64,000 nt of DNA from Malacoraja senta (taxonomy: Eukaryota), in contig CM075988.1 in the NCBI GenBank assembly GCA_038087875.1, positions 24,430,001-24,494,000 of the forward strand, given 5' to 3'. A model generated the notes under the pieces. It did no database searches, was not told the origin of the DNA, and saw only the letters and a list, made by a program, of their open reading frames with translations. The position numbers and the translations under genes are program-made. The first letter of the stretch is position 1; each line of letters opens with the position of its first letter. Below are positions 50,270 to 63,379 of this stretch, piece after piece.

Positions 50270-50359
50270 TTGCAAATGAGAATGGTGATAGTTCTCCTCC
50301 ATATGACGCCACCCATGAACAAGGTCACAGAAGTCCCACCCTCAGCAATTCTATTCCAG
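50270..50359 (+). CDS. Candidate plus-strand exon
   Basis: tgctttcag|...CAG|gtaaga; 90 nt, symmetrical; ANENGDSSPPYDATHEQGHRSPTLSNSIP (phase 1); phase 0 also open. Confidence 0.45.
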
Positions 50360-51371
50360 GTAAGAGTGTGTGCACTGCAGAGTGTGGTTTTTATAAAATT
50401 CGAATATTCAGGACTTTAGCTCCAGGCGTTTACATGTTGCTGAATCAGAAAGTGGCCAAGTGAGTGGACATGAACACCTGAGCTTGCAGGAGACACCTGC
50501 AAATATCCTCTCTCACAATGCTACTGCCTTAGTAGTAGTCCTGCCTCATCCCACATGCTGATATTAGTGAGTGCAGGCTAACAATGGGTGAGGACAGAGG
50601 GTCAGAGATCCAGGTAATTGGTTGCTGCACTATCTTTCAGACAGTGAGCTTAGGGGCTGGTCTGGGGCAGGGAGAAAATAATTGGAGCAAAATACTGCTG
50701 GTGATGGAAATCCACAAAGGGCATGTGTATTGTGTGTTCTTTATCATTGTACCACTGCTGGCAAATTCATTTCACTTGCACATTATGTGCAATGTGACGA
50801 ATAAAACCGTATTGTATTGTATTGTATTGTATTGAAGAGGGGGAGAACCAGAGTCAATGCTTCAGGTCAGAGACTTTCAATCCGAACTGGAAAAGCAAGA
50901 AAACGCGTGCTTTTGAAGTAGAGGGTGGGGAGAACAGTGATAGGGTGCAGACCAAAACTGACAGCAGCTTTAAATGTGTGGGAAGGAACTGCAGATGCTG
51001 GTTTACACCGAAGATAGGCACAAAATGCTGGAGTAACTCAGCAGGACAGGCAGCATCTCTGGAGAGAAGGAATGGGCGACGGTTCGGGTCAAACTCTTCA
51101 TGTAGCTTTAAATACTTGCAGTTAAAGATAGAAAAAGTAATACTAGAAATAAATTGAAGTGGGAAGCTACATCTGTGAAGAGAGAAAAATTGCAGGTTAC
51201 CATTTTAATTTGGGAGTGTTTGAGTCATGGAGCCATGCAGCATGGAGACAGGTCTGTCAGCTTGCAATGTCCACAACAGTCATCATGTACTAATGTCAGA
51301 AATAAAACTCCAAGTCAGAGAAGCAATGGGCAGTCTGTGCAGATATTTATGAGATATTTTACATGGAGCTC

Positions 51372-51527
51372 TTAAAGCTCTTAAAGATTGCGGAGTCAAG
51401 GGATATGGGGAGAAGACAGGAACGGGGTACTGATTGTGGATGACCAGCCATGATCACAGTGAATGGCGGTGCTGGTTCAAAGGGCCGAATGGCCTACTCC
51501 TGCACCTATTGTCTATTGTCTATTGTC
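51372..51527 (+). mobile_element. CR1 3' end
   Basis: 3' UTR and (TATTGTC)n tail. Confidence 0.88.
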
Positions 51528-52059
51528 TCCTCTCCCATATTTTCAGACAGGCCAGTTAAAAATTACGGTAAATTCTCTGTCAGAATTGGTTGTGTAAAAG
51601 CACAAAAATCACAGTGCTCAGAGCTGGTCTCTGTGTAACAGTTCAGAATCGCTGGTGCGACTGTTCGAGAACTGCAGTCGGGGTGCATTAATGTGTCACT
51701 GTGCTAATATTTATCTGATGTTGTCGCCCCTGTGATCTCTGCACCGTGCTCTCGCTGTTAAAAAAAAATACTCCTTATCTTCTTCTCGGACATCTCAAGT
51801 GAAAGCTGCTGACCAACCTGCATAGTCCGTTAGTGTTGGGCAGGAGAAATAGGGTAAACATTTACCCGCTTGTAACACACAAATAAGTTTCCATCTCGAC
51901 CATGAAATCAGCTCACGCAAAGTAATGAGTCTTGCTTCTGCCCAATCGACCCATCTTGGCTTGAACTGAATGCTGGGCAGAAAGCCCATCCGAGTCTATT
52001 TGACTTTCCAATCGCTTCCTGTCACGATTGGGTCTTGGTTTCTAAGCTGGCTGCAGTTA

Positions 52060-52302
52060 ATAGAAACATAGAAACATAGGATATAGGTGCAGGAGTAGGC
52101 CATTCGGCCCTTCGAGCCTGCACCGCCATTCAATATGATCATGGCTGATCATCCAACTCAGTATCCTGTACCTGCCTTCTCTCCATACCCCCTGATCCCT
52201 CTAGCCACAAGGACCACATCTAACTCCCTCTTAAATATAGCCAATGAACTGGCCTCAACTACTTTCTGTGGCAGAGAATTCCACAGATTTACCACTCTCT
52301 GT
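52060..52302 (-). mobile_element. CR1 3' end
   Basis: (CATAGAAA)n tail and ORF2 end. Confidence 0.92.
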
Positions 52303-53032
52303 GGTATGGAGTTTTAGACTCATTGACTCATATGAGATGGAAGCAGGCTATTCGGCATCCAGATCCTCCCCAACCAGTGGACACAGATAGAAATCCCATT
52401 TTATGGCACTTGCCCCAGAGTCTGCTATGCCTAAGTCATCCAAGGTTTTGTCTGGGTACTTCTTAAATGCTGACAGTGCCTCTGTCTCCACTATTTACAC
52501 AGGCAAAGTACACCAGGCATTCACCACCCACCCGATAAAAATTGGCTTTCTTAGATCCTTTTTATACCTGTTATGCTTTACCCCAAACGAATGCCGCTCT
52601 CATATGAGAAAAAGGCTTCTGCAGTCTACCCTATCTATATTCCTCACAATTTTGTGTGCTTCAAACATGTTTCCTCCGAAACTCTGCCACTCCAGGGATA
52701 ACAGACTTAGCCTCCCCAGTCTGTCCTCATAACTAAAACATTCCATCCTCGGGTAACTTCCAAATTAATCTCCTCTGCATTTTCTCCAATGCATTCACAT
52801 CATTCCTATAGCATGGTGATCAGTTCCCATAGCATGTTTAAGAAAGAACTACAGATGCTCGAAAAATCAAAGGTAGACAAAAATGCTGGAGAAACTCAGC
52901 GGATGAGGCAGCATCTATTGGAGCGAAGGAATAGGTGTCGTTGCGGGTCGAGACCCAGAAAGCATCTATGGAGCGAAGAAACAGGCGATGTTTCGGGTCG
53001 AGACCCTTCCGGGTCTCGACCCGAAACGTCAA

Positions 53033-53660
53033 ATAGAAACATAGAAACATAGAAATTAGGTGCAGGAGTAGGCCATTCGGCCCTTCGAGCCTGCACCGCC
53101 ATTCAATATGATCATGGCTGATCATCCAACTCAGTATCCCGTACCTGCCTTCTCTCCATACCCTCTGATCCCCTCAGCCACAAGGGCCACATCTAACTCC
53201 CTCTTAAATATAGCCAATGAACTGGCCTCAACTACCCTCTGTGGCAGAGAGTTCCAGAGATTCACCACTCTCTGTGTGAAAAAAGTTCTTCTCATCTCGG
53301 TTTTAAAGGATTTCCCCCTTATCCTTAAGCTGTGACCCCCTTGTCCTGGACTTCCCCAACATCGGGAGCAATCTTCCTGCATCTAGCCTGTCCAACCCCT
53401 TAAGAATTTTGTAAGTTTCTATAAGATCCCCTCTCAATCTCCTAAATTCTAGAGAGTATAAACCAAGTCTATCCAGTCTTTCTTCATAAGACAGTCCTGA
53501 CATCCCAGGAATCAGTCTGGTGAACCTTCTCTGCACTCCCTCTATGGCAATAATGTCCTTCCTCAGATTTGGAGACCAAAACTGTACGCAATACTCCAGG
53601 TGTGGTCTCACCAAGACCCTGTACAACTGCAGTAAAACCTCCTTGCTCCTATACTCAAAT
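53033..53660 (-). mobile_element. CR1 LINE 3' fragment nested in a PLE fold-back (52835-53708)
   Basis: FEYRSKEVLLQLYRVLVRPHLEYCVQFWSP; PLE repeat continues on both sides. Confidence 0.93.
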
Positions 53661-55471
53661 GTATTCCTTCGCTCCATAGATGCTGCCTCACCCGCTGAGT
53701 TTCTCCAGTTCCAATAGCATGGTGATGGAACATTCAATGTTGCACTTGAGGTCTGCCCAATGTTTTATATCGTTGGAGTATAATCCTCATATTCTTATAT
53801 TCAATGCCTTGATAATACATGCCTTGGACAGGTACATGGATAGAACATGTTTAGAGGGATCTGGGCCAAATGTAGCCAGGTGGGATTAGTGTAGATGGAG
53901 CCTTGGTCAGCATGGGCATGTTGGGCCGAAGGGGCTGTTTCCATGCTGTATATGACTCTATGATTCTAATGAAGGCCAGTTTTCCATATGCCTTCTTATC
54001 TACCTACACTGCCACCTTCACGGATCTTTGGACTTATAAACCAAGGTGGCTCTGTACCTCATTAATCCCTGGGACGTTCCTATTCATGGTGCATCACCTC
54101 ACACATCAGAATTAAACTCTATCCAGCCACCGATATCATCCTGTAGCCTACAACTATTCTCCACACCTTCAACAACTCCATCCCTGTTCAATCGGCGACC
54201 TTACTGATCATGCCTCAAAAAAAAATCAATATCCAAATCAGTCATGTATAATATAAACAACAAAAGTCCCAGCATTGATCTCTTTGGAATTCCACGTCAC
54301 TGGTATCCTATCACAAAAACAACCCATCAGTCTGAAGAAGGGTCTCAACCCAAACAGTCACCTGTTCCTTTACTCCCGAGATGCTGCCTGACCCGCTGGG
54401 TTACTCCAGCATTTTGTGTCTATCTTCTACCATCATTCTCTTGCTCCTATTACCAAGTCAAATTTCAGATCCAATTTAACAATCTGCCCTTAATCCCATG
54501 AAGCCTAACCTCTTGGACGAGTCTCTCCTGTGGAACTTTGTCAAAGGCCTTATTGATGTCCATGTAAATCATATCTACTGCACAGCTCTCGACAATACAC
54601 TTGGTTATCTCTTCACAAGATTCACTCGGATTGATCAGATAGGATCTACACTTGACAAAGCTATGCTGGCTATCTCTGATTCTCTGCTTAGAATTTTTCT
54701 TCAGCCTGGTTATACACTTTTAACACTTTTAATCAGGTTGCCAGTTTGCTTATTTATGGAAGCAAGTTGCTATCTGACAATAGAAAATCAATGAGGCAAG
54801 ACATTTATAGGGGACATCTGGAGCTGAAGAAGACTGGTTCTCATTAATTTGATAGAAGATTAACGATTGCAATTTAAAGATTTAGCACCAGGAATTTAGT
54901 AGGAACCTAATTTAAAAAGTCAGTTAACGAAGTAATTAAACACTAAACTGACCAATACTGAGTTTCTGGCTTGGCTTGCAACACTGCTGACCTCACCTCA
55001 GGTGCAATGACTGCAGTGTTTCCTGTTTTCCTGAAACGCCACAAATACTTTCCATTGACACAGACTATCGTTGTATTGTACAGTTAAGGAATATGGATAG
55101 GTGATGTTTCAGGTCAGGACCAGTCTGAAGAAGGATGGCCTATCCATGTTCTCCAGTTTGGTTTGTGTTTGTATGTGTAAATAATTAGGTATCGTATATA
55201 ATGTGTAAATAATTAACTGGTGGTATAATAATAGATGGTTTGCATGGGTTTGGAACTGGGTGTATGGAACAAGTTGCCGGAGGAGGTAGTTGAGGCAACC
55301 TTTATGAAAGTTATTCAGGTACATGGATAGGACACGTTTAGTGGGATGTTGGCCAAACGCAGGCAGGTGGGACTAGTCAAGATGGGATATGTTGGTTAGT
55401 GTGGCAGGTTGGGCTGTATGGCTCTACCTATGACTAATACAAATTTACTGTGATACATGTGTATAATTGTC

Positions 55472-55680
55472 ACTTTTTATTTATATAGCACATTTAAAAA
55501 ACAGCTCTCATTGGCCAAAGTGCTTTACATTGGTATAAGAATAGTATAACAAACAACAGTGGTTCATAGATTAAATACAAACATCACTACATACATATAG
55601 CCCTCGCTCAGAGGACGTCAAGAAAGGCTTGGGAGTAGAGATCTCGACTTAAATGAGTCGATGGTGGGGGCAGTTCTGAA
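55472..55680 (-). mobile_element. L2 LINE 3' end
   Basis: Minus strand GTAAAGCACTTTG...AAATGTGCTATATAAATAAA, the L2-type terminal stem-loop region. Confidence 0.7.
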
Positions 55681-57529
55681 TATGCAGTATGGCTCTACAT
55701 TATACGGCATAACTTTGATACATCGTTGTAACTTCCACTGATATTTAGAGGAGACACAAGAGACTGTAGATGCTGGAATCACGAGCAAAAACCAAACTTT
55801 TGGAGGAACTCAGGAGATCAATCTCACCCACTGATACTGAGCTGGCTGTTGATTGCCTTCAGGAAAGTATGATCTGTTGGCAACACTGTCCGTGTTTCTT
55901 CTCTTAATGAACAGCAGCACAAAAGAGCCTGCAGATACTACACAGGCCATTATCTCCCCACACATTCCTCCTTGCTACAAGTCGCGAGTCCCCAAAGGTG
56001 CTTTGGGCCGTATATCACATCTGGGTGTTGGGCAGTGAGTCAAACTCCATTACTGGAAAAAAATGAACTCATTTAAGTAAGTTAAGAGCCTGCTCATTAA
56101 ATCATTCCTCACCATAACCTTTCTGAGGGGTATCTTATTAATTGGAAGTGTTCCATTATCCTTCAAAGATAATGGACTTTGCAGTTTTTTAAAATAATTG
56201 AATATTAAAGAACATGTACATTCAAATTTTAAGTAGGCCATCAAAAACTAATTTAAAATATAAAATACAATTGAACTGGTTCCAGGAACATCCCCAGTTT
56301 CAACTCTGATCAAAGAAAAAACATGTTCATAAAAACTGCCGGGTTAGTTGTTAAATTTGGAAAAGTAATGTCCTCCACCGCTGAACTTCACTCAGGCATC
56401 CACTTCTCCTGAAGGCACTGGCTCAAACTGAGCTACAGGTCCCTCTACACCTTGGCTCTCATTGGAATTGTGGTACGACTACCTGAAGGAGCTAGCTCTC
56501 ACCGGGTGGAGATCTTCCCCTCTATCTTCTCGGATTCAACCAGAAGCAATCCCACGAGCTTTTCTGCCCCAAAACAGAAGTGTGATGAACACAAACTGAA
56601 GCAGATTTTGGACTGGAGTTTCCGCCATGTGACGCGTACATTTCCTGCACCTCTGGACAAAAGCTTTAAACTCACTGGAGAAGGAGATTGTTCATGAAGG
56701 TTTCAGTGCAACTTTGGAGTGAAATAACAATCCTTTCTTTCACCTTCCATGAAATTTTCGCAACTGAAAAATCTTCTCTTCCCCTCCCCTCTCCTTTCAG
56801 TGTTTTGAAGGCACCATTCCTTTTTCACCATTCCTTCTCTCCGGAGATGCTGCCTGTCCCGCTGAGTTACTCCAGCATTTTGTGTCTACCCTCGATTTAA
56901 ACCAGCATCAGCAGTTCTTTCCTACACATATCCCTATTTGAATCTTTGGTCCACTCCTCTGTCTCTACCCACCACTCCTCTTCTCACTTCAGTTTTCCAT
57001 GCAACTGCAGGAGATGCAACACCTGTCTTTTCTCCTCTTTCCTTTCCGCCATTCAAAGACCAAACATTTCTTCCAAATGAAAAGTTTGGAAAAACTACCT
57101 TGTCTTCTGTTTTATTTCAGACCGCCAGCATCTGCAGCATTTTTTGGGTTTTGTGCTCTCTGCCGGGATTGATGTGGCGGAGTGAGCTGTAGAAGGAGTC
57201 ACTTGTCGCTTTGTCTTCCAATTCCTGCTTCCCAGTCACCAGAAAATACCTTATCATTCACTGCCCATGTACTCTGTAATGGCAAACCCAATGATCCCAG
57301 GCGATTTCTCCTCAAGATGCCATGGTTTGTGCATGTGATGTGTCTCCTTTCAGCTGAGGCAAATGGTGGTTCAGTGCCACCTTCTGCAAGGGAGAGGGAG
57401 GAGAGCTACAGCTTGGGGCATCATTTCAGGCACTGATCCCTTGATTCCACTCCTTCCATTAGCATTTCACTGGCCCACAGATATATATATATATATAGAC
57501 GAGATTTAGATAGCCAGTCGGTACCGATA

Positions 57530-57788
57530 GTCTGAAGAAGGGTTTCGGCCCGAAACGTTACCTATTTCCTTCGCTCCATAGATGCTGCTGCACCCGCTGA
57601 GTTTCTCCAGCATTTTTGTGTACCTATATATATATATATATATGTGTATGTGTGTGTGGGAACGAACTGCAAATGCTGGTTTAAACCAAAGATAGACACA
57701 AAAAGCTGGAGTAACTCAGCGGGACAGGCAGCATCTCCGGATAGAAGGAATGGGTGACGTTTTGGGTTGAAACCCTTCTTCAGACTGA
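57530..57788. mobile_element. Two PLE terminal repeats tail-to-tail around a (TA)n tract
   Basis: Core CTGAAGAAGGGTTTCGGCCCGAAACGTT at 57532-57559, where stem II is kept by a G-U pair; reverse copy to 57788. Confidence 0.85.
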
Positions 57789-59063
57789 AAATAAGATGTT
57801 GATTGCTACCTTTAAAGAGTAACAAAGTGTATGAAAAGTCTGGACTAATGACATTGGGATAATTTGGTGCCACATGACTGCATCTTTGTCAGCATTTTAG
57901 ATCATAAGGGCATAAGATCACAAAACATAGGAGCAGAATTAGGCCCTTCAGCCCATCGTGTCTGCTCCACCATTCAATCATGGCTGATTTATCTTTCCCT
58001 CTCAACCATTCACCTGCCTTCTCCCTGTAACCTTTGACACCCTTATTAATCAAGAACCTACCAATCTCTACTTAAAAATACCCAATGAATTGCCCTACAC
58101 AGTCACCTGTGGCAATGAATTCCACAGTTTTTACCACCAGCTAAAGAAACTCTTCCTCATCTCCATTCCATATGTGCGCCCTGTTATTTTGAGGCTGTGC
58201 CCTCTGCACCTAGACTCTCCCACAAGGTCCGTTTTCATGGACAACCGGATATCTTGGTCAAGGTTCTGGACATTCTCTAGCTCCCCTTAGCCCTTATACT
58301 GAGTCCACGTTCCCAGCTTTTCTGCAAACTATTCCTAAGTCAGGAAAGCTGTTAAGAAAATGGCCTGGTGTTTGTACCTCCCTTCTCCCTTCTCTCTCTA
58401 ATAACCTGTCCACCTAAATGGAATCAATTCCCTTCATCATTTGAAACACCTCAATCACTTCACCTTGAGGTCTGGACATCTCAGCAAAGCACCGATAGCC
58501 AGCTGGATAGGAATATGAATGAAGGATTTCTCCAATTAAATGCCACTCACGCTACAGTGATTTAACAGTTGGGAATTTGTATAGACTAAATGAAACACTT
58601 TGACAGACCTTAACTGCGAGCTGGTCTCTATTATTCAGCAATGCTCAATACTCTTTTTATCATAAGATTGAAAAATGGTGCCTATTAAGCAATTAAAAAT
58701 TGACATGTATCAAATCTCGCAGGTAATTAAACTACCATTGGACACCCAATTATATTCCTTAGCATCCAGCAACTATGAGGTAAAACTGGCTCTGCAAACT
58801 TAAAATGGTGGAAATATCCAGGCAACGTGCATTGGGAGAGTGGGGACAAGTTAATGGTACAGTACTATGACCTTTCGTCAGACAAAACGCTATCGACCCA
58901 AAACGTTAAGCTGGTATCTCTCTCCACAGACTCTGATCCCCTGAGCCTTTCCACCATTTTTCATTCTTATTACAGATTTACAATGTCTGCAATATTCTAC
59001 TTTTGAAAGTTAAACCCTATTGATTATTGAGATAGAGCTCTGGAAAATTAATTGGTCCTTCAG

Positions 59064-59139
59064 GAATGTCTGCAGTTCGTCATCTCCACAAACTTGGAAT
59101 TAGAAACACTCACAAAAGATACCAAGAAACCAGAATATG
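59064..59139 (+). other. Candidate plus-strand exon, coding status unclear
   Basis: tccttcag|...ATG|gtaact; 76 nt; two frames open. Confidence 0.25.
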
Positions 59140-60679
59140 GTAACTGCTCCAACAGCCAAAATTGCCTCACTCCCTCTCACTTGAATTCCATTGATCCTTC
59201 TTATCTCAATCCTAAATGGCCAACAACTGTTCTCAAAATGTGTCTCCATCCCTAGACTCCTCAATCAGGGGAACATCCTCCCTGCATTTTCCCTGTTAGG
59301 CTCTTTCAGATGTTTGTAACTTTCCACAGTGATTTGATGCCAGGGGATAAAATTAAACCCATTCCAATAAAAATGGAGATTTGCCTGTCCAAAATCTGAA
59401 TATTATAAATTAAAATGCATTTCAGTCCTGAGGATGGCATTGCAAATTTAATCTCTATATCTTAATACAACAAATATATCTCTGACTTGACCAAGATTTC
59501 ACATTAAGTGAACCTGATGTATGAGGTGTGGGACACTTTAAATTTTACTTTTGTCCTGTTGACAAGGTGTGCGATTTCTGGAATTAACCTGAAAATGAAT
59601 CTATTAGATTCACAATGAGAAGTTCCACAGTGGAGAAGTCAATCACCAGCTGGTTCTGTCTGAATAACCGCTAATCTGCTTCCTGAGTTGTCACCATCTC
59701 AGACAACCTGATCATTTGAAACATCCTTCATGGGCACCGAGGAATTCTCTGCGGAATTCTTGGAAGAATTAAAACATCTCATCTCTGTTTTCAATCTCCT
59801 TCATCTATGCTTCTTGGCACTCCTATTTCCACTAATTTGAGAAACAGCTGAGATCTCTCTGCTCCTCCAATATTGGTCTCTTGGGATGTCCTCGTTTTTA
59901 AAAAATCTCTCTGGTAAAGGAAGAGAGCAAAATAAGCAAGAAAGTTGCGTTAAACTTTTCTAAGATATTCGTTCGGTCTCAGCTTGGAGAGCGCGGAGAA
60001 GAGAATTATTGGGTTTAGGAGCCAGATTTGTGAAGAGAGTTGAGAAGATAGGATTCTTCTTCTCAGACCAAAGAAAGAGCAGGCGGTAGAGGTGATACAA
60101 ATCAGGAAGCAGTAAGGAGATACTATTTTCAATAGCTGAAAGGCTGGTACTGGAGACATAGCTAAAATACGACTGGCAAAATAACCCAAAGTGTCACACA
60201 AAAACATTTATTGGACAATAATAAAAAGTATGTACTGTAACTGTGGACTGAAAAGCAGTGTCTGAAGATGTGGCAGAAACAGATTGAATTGTAACACTGA
60301 TGAGAGAACTGGAGAAATACTTGAAGGGTTAAACAAAATGCAGGTCGATGAGAAAAAGGAGAAAGTGGGGTGATATGTCTAACTAAAAAGCCTCACAAAC
60401 AAGATGGAACAACTGTGTGCATCTGTTGCATCTGTTGCATCCGTCAATGATTCCTTGATAATAATGAGTAATATATATATACGCAATGTACATAGTGGGT
60501 CTATCGAAACACTCTCCCCAAAAGGAAATAGGTTTAAAGATTGATGTTTTCTACTTACACTGTACATATAAAAAATAATAACCAGAACATTGGATGGTTT
60601 GGCCCCAAAATTAATTTCTATTCACACTTCACCCTCTCAATTTTCCATTTCTTTATGTATTGTGTATATATATATATAT

Positions 60680-61454
60680 AGCAATGTTACAAAATTTTGA
60701 GATTTAAAAAATCAAGTCTGTAATTTATCCCATCAGATAAAGCATAAAAATAAGTTTAATTTGACACCTAATTCACTTTCATATCTTCAGTATTAAAAAA
60801 GTTATGGCCATTTTCATACTCGGAAATTAGCATCTTGTTCCCTATTGCTTTTCCATTGACTTAACACAAAAGCTGTGATCGAGGACAGTCAAAAGCCCAT
60901 AACTTTCTTAAAAATTAAGAGAACTGAAAGACATTTTCAGTTATTATAGATTGAAGCATTCTGAAACAAATATGAAACAATCTTACTTAGATGACATGAA
61001 ATTAAAGCATATAATTAGTTAGTTACCTAATTGTAGCTAATTACAAAATTCAATTACTAGATCTAAACATTATCAATTTCTTAAGAATAGATTAACATTG
61101 TAAAAATGTGAATTAAAGGCCTCTTAAGGAGAACGTTTATACATAAAAATAAAGCACTTTCGTTTACCTGTCCCGTGTGTGAAATCCGTCCCCGTTGTTG
61201 GCGTTGACGGGTTCAGAAGATGATTTTAAAATGGTTCCAACGCTGAACTTGTCGGGAGATTTTTAAAACAAAATACTCAAAACGCCCCTCGGAACGATTC
61301 TTCCGCAAACGCTTGTACTCCAACAAAATATAATTCAGGACAAGGTAGGAGAAACCGCGTTTTAACCCCGCCCCCCCCTTAAAGGCGCCAAAATCGCGCA
61401 CACGGCCAGTGACAGAATTACAGCGCGACTGAAGGCAAGTATTGTAACATACCT
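60680..61454. mobile_element. Putative non-autonomous DNA transposon inserted in (TA)n
   Basis: Imperfect TIRs AGCAATGTTACAA / TTGTAACATACCT; TA tracts on both sides; superfamily uncertain. Confidence 0.6.
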
Positions 61455-61476
61455 AATATATATATATATATATATA

Positions 61477-61940
61477 TGATAGGAGCAGAATTAGGCCATT
61501 TGGCCCATCAAGTCTACTCCGCCATTCAATCATGGCTGATCTATCTCTCACTCCTAACCCCAATCCCCCTCCTTCTCCCCATAACCCCTGACACCCGTAC
61601 GAATCAAGAATCTATCTCTGCCTTAAATATATCCATTGACTTGGCTGCTACAGCCTTTTGTGGCAATGAATTCCACAGATTCACCACCCTCTGACTAAAG
61701 AAATTCCTCCTCGCCTCCTTCCTAAAAGAACGTCCTTTAATTCTGAGGCTATGACCTCTGGTCCTAGACTCTCCCACTAGTGGAAACATCCTCTCCACAT
61801 CCACTCTATCTAAGCCTTTCACTATTTTGTATGTTTCAATGACACCCGCTCATTCTTCTAAACTCCAATGAGTACAGGCCCAGTGCCGTCAAACGCTCAT
61901 CATATGTTAACCTACTCATTCCTGGGATCATTCTTGTAAA
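61477..61940 (-). mobile_element. CR1 LINE 3' fragment
   Basis: KGLDRVDVERMFPLVGESRTRGHSLRIKG...FFSQRVVNLWNSLP. Confidence 0.92.
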
Positions 61941-62990
61941 TGTGGCTGGTGTGAGTTGCAGTGGATAGACACAAAATGCTGGAGTAACTAAGCGGGCCAG
62001 GCAGCATCTCTGGATTGAAGGACTGGGTGACGTTTTAGCTCATATATGGAAGGGTAAGGTGTAAGGGGAGGGTAACATTTACCTTTCCATATCTCTGTGT
62101 GTCCCCCTCCCCTGACTCTCAGTCTGAAGAAGGGTCACGACCCGAAACGTCACCCTTTCCTTCTCTCCAAAGATGCTGCCTGTCCCGCTGAGTTACTCTT
62201 CCACTAGTGGAAACATCCTCTCCACACCCACTCTATCCAGGCATTCTCGAGGTGTTTATCGTCATTTATTGTTCCTTAGCTGGCCTTGGAAATTGATCGC
62301 GAGTACTCAGCTTGATTCGCTGCAGTTTATGTTGTGGTCGCACAGACCTGCCAGAGATTGAATGATTTGCAAGCTGGTCAATCAATGAAAATTACATCCT
62401 CATTAATCGCCCATATTATGAACAACTGTAGATGCTGAGTTTCATTCCACTTCTGTCAAACTCAATTGAAATGATTTGTCATTCAGAAAACAATTGACGC
62501 TCCTTGGGAAAGGGACGTAATCCCTCAAACCCAGAAACCAGTGACAAAAGGTGAGATAGATTAGGAAGTGGCAAGAAGCCTGCAGATTGCACAAGGAAAA
62601 TTAATGGATCATGTTCGGCGAAATTATTTCCACGGAATGATTCCTTTTTCTGCCAGTCTTAGTCATTTGTTGTCTGTCTAGGTTCGAAGATGGAAGGAAC
62701 TGCCATCCTTTCAGACGTGTTCAAAGGGTTCCAAAACACCACTTCTGATGGGATATGAATGAAAATACATCGTTGATGAACAGAAGGTTCTTCCAATCAG
62801 CCTGACATTTGCAATTGTTGAACATTATCTGGACCTCCCCGTGGTCACCCCTGTCAACTGACCTCAGTCAGGCAAACGACAACAAACAGAGACAGCAGCA
62901 GAATTAACAACGAACGAACAACAACAGCTTGCAGCCTTAATGCAACCTCAGTCGCCGCAGCTTGGCGCCAACCCGGAGCATGCACCCTTT

Positions 62991-63087
62991 TTAGGGCGGC
63001 CACCTACGGATGTCGAACCGGATGGCGTCATCCTGCTGCAGCTGAATGTAAGGATTCAGCTGGAGGGCGTTACATAACTTCTGCTGC
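62991..63087 (-). CDS. Candidate terminal coding exon of a minus-strand gene lying beyond the window
   Basis: Acceptor ttcttcttcttgcatttgag; QQKLCNALQLNPYIQLQQDDAIRFDIRRWPP*; CpG-retaining, C/G-ending codons; minus-strand AATAAA near 62265. Confidence 0.45.
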
Positions 63088-63206
63088 CTCAAATGCAAGA
63101 AGAAGAACATTATCTGGACCTTTTCCAAGTTCAGAATATTGTACATTATATCGGGGTAACCAAAACAGAGTGTGGTCCCCTGGATAGACACAAAATGCCG
63201 GAGTAA

Positions 63207-63379
63207 AGGGCGTGTCGCACTTGGGCATCATTTGTGCGTAATTTACGCAACATCATTTACGCGCGCATTGTGCTTGGTGGCGTAGGCAGTGACGCGCGGT
63301 CGCTCGCGGCGCCCCAGGATTTTGGGATGTACAAAATCTTCGCGTGCCATCTGCGTGACGCGCAAGTGGGACAGGCCCT
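63207..63379. mobile_element. PIF/Harbinger MITE (173 bp) nested in a PLE terminal repeat
   Basis: TIRs AGGGCGTGTCGCACTTG / CAAGTGGGACAGGCCCT; flanks TAA/TTA; host reads CCGGAG-TAA-CTCAGCGGGACAGG when the MITE is removed. Confidence 0.88.
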
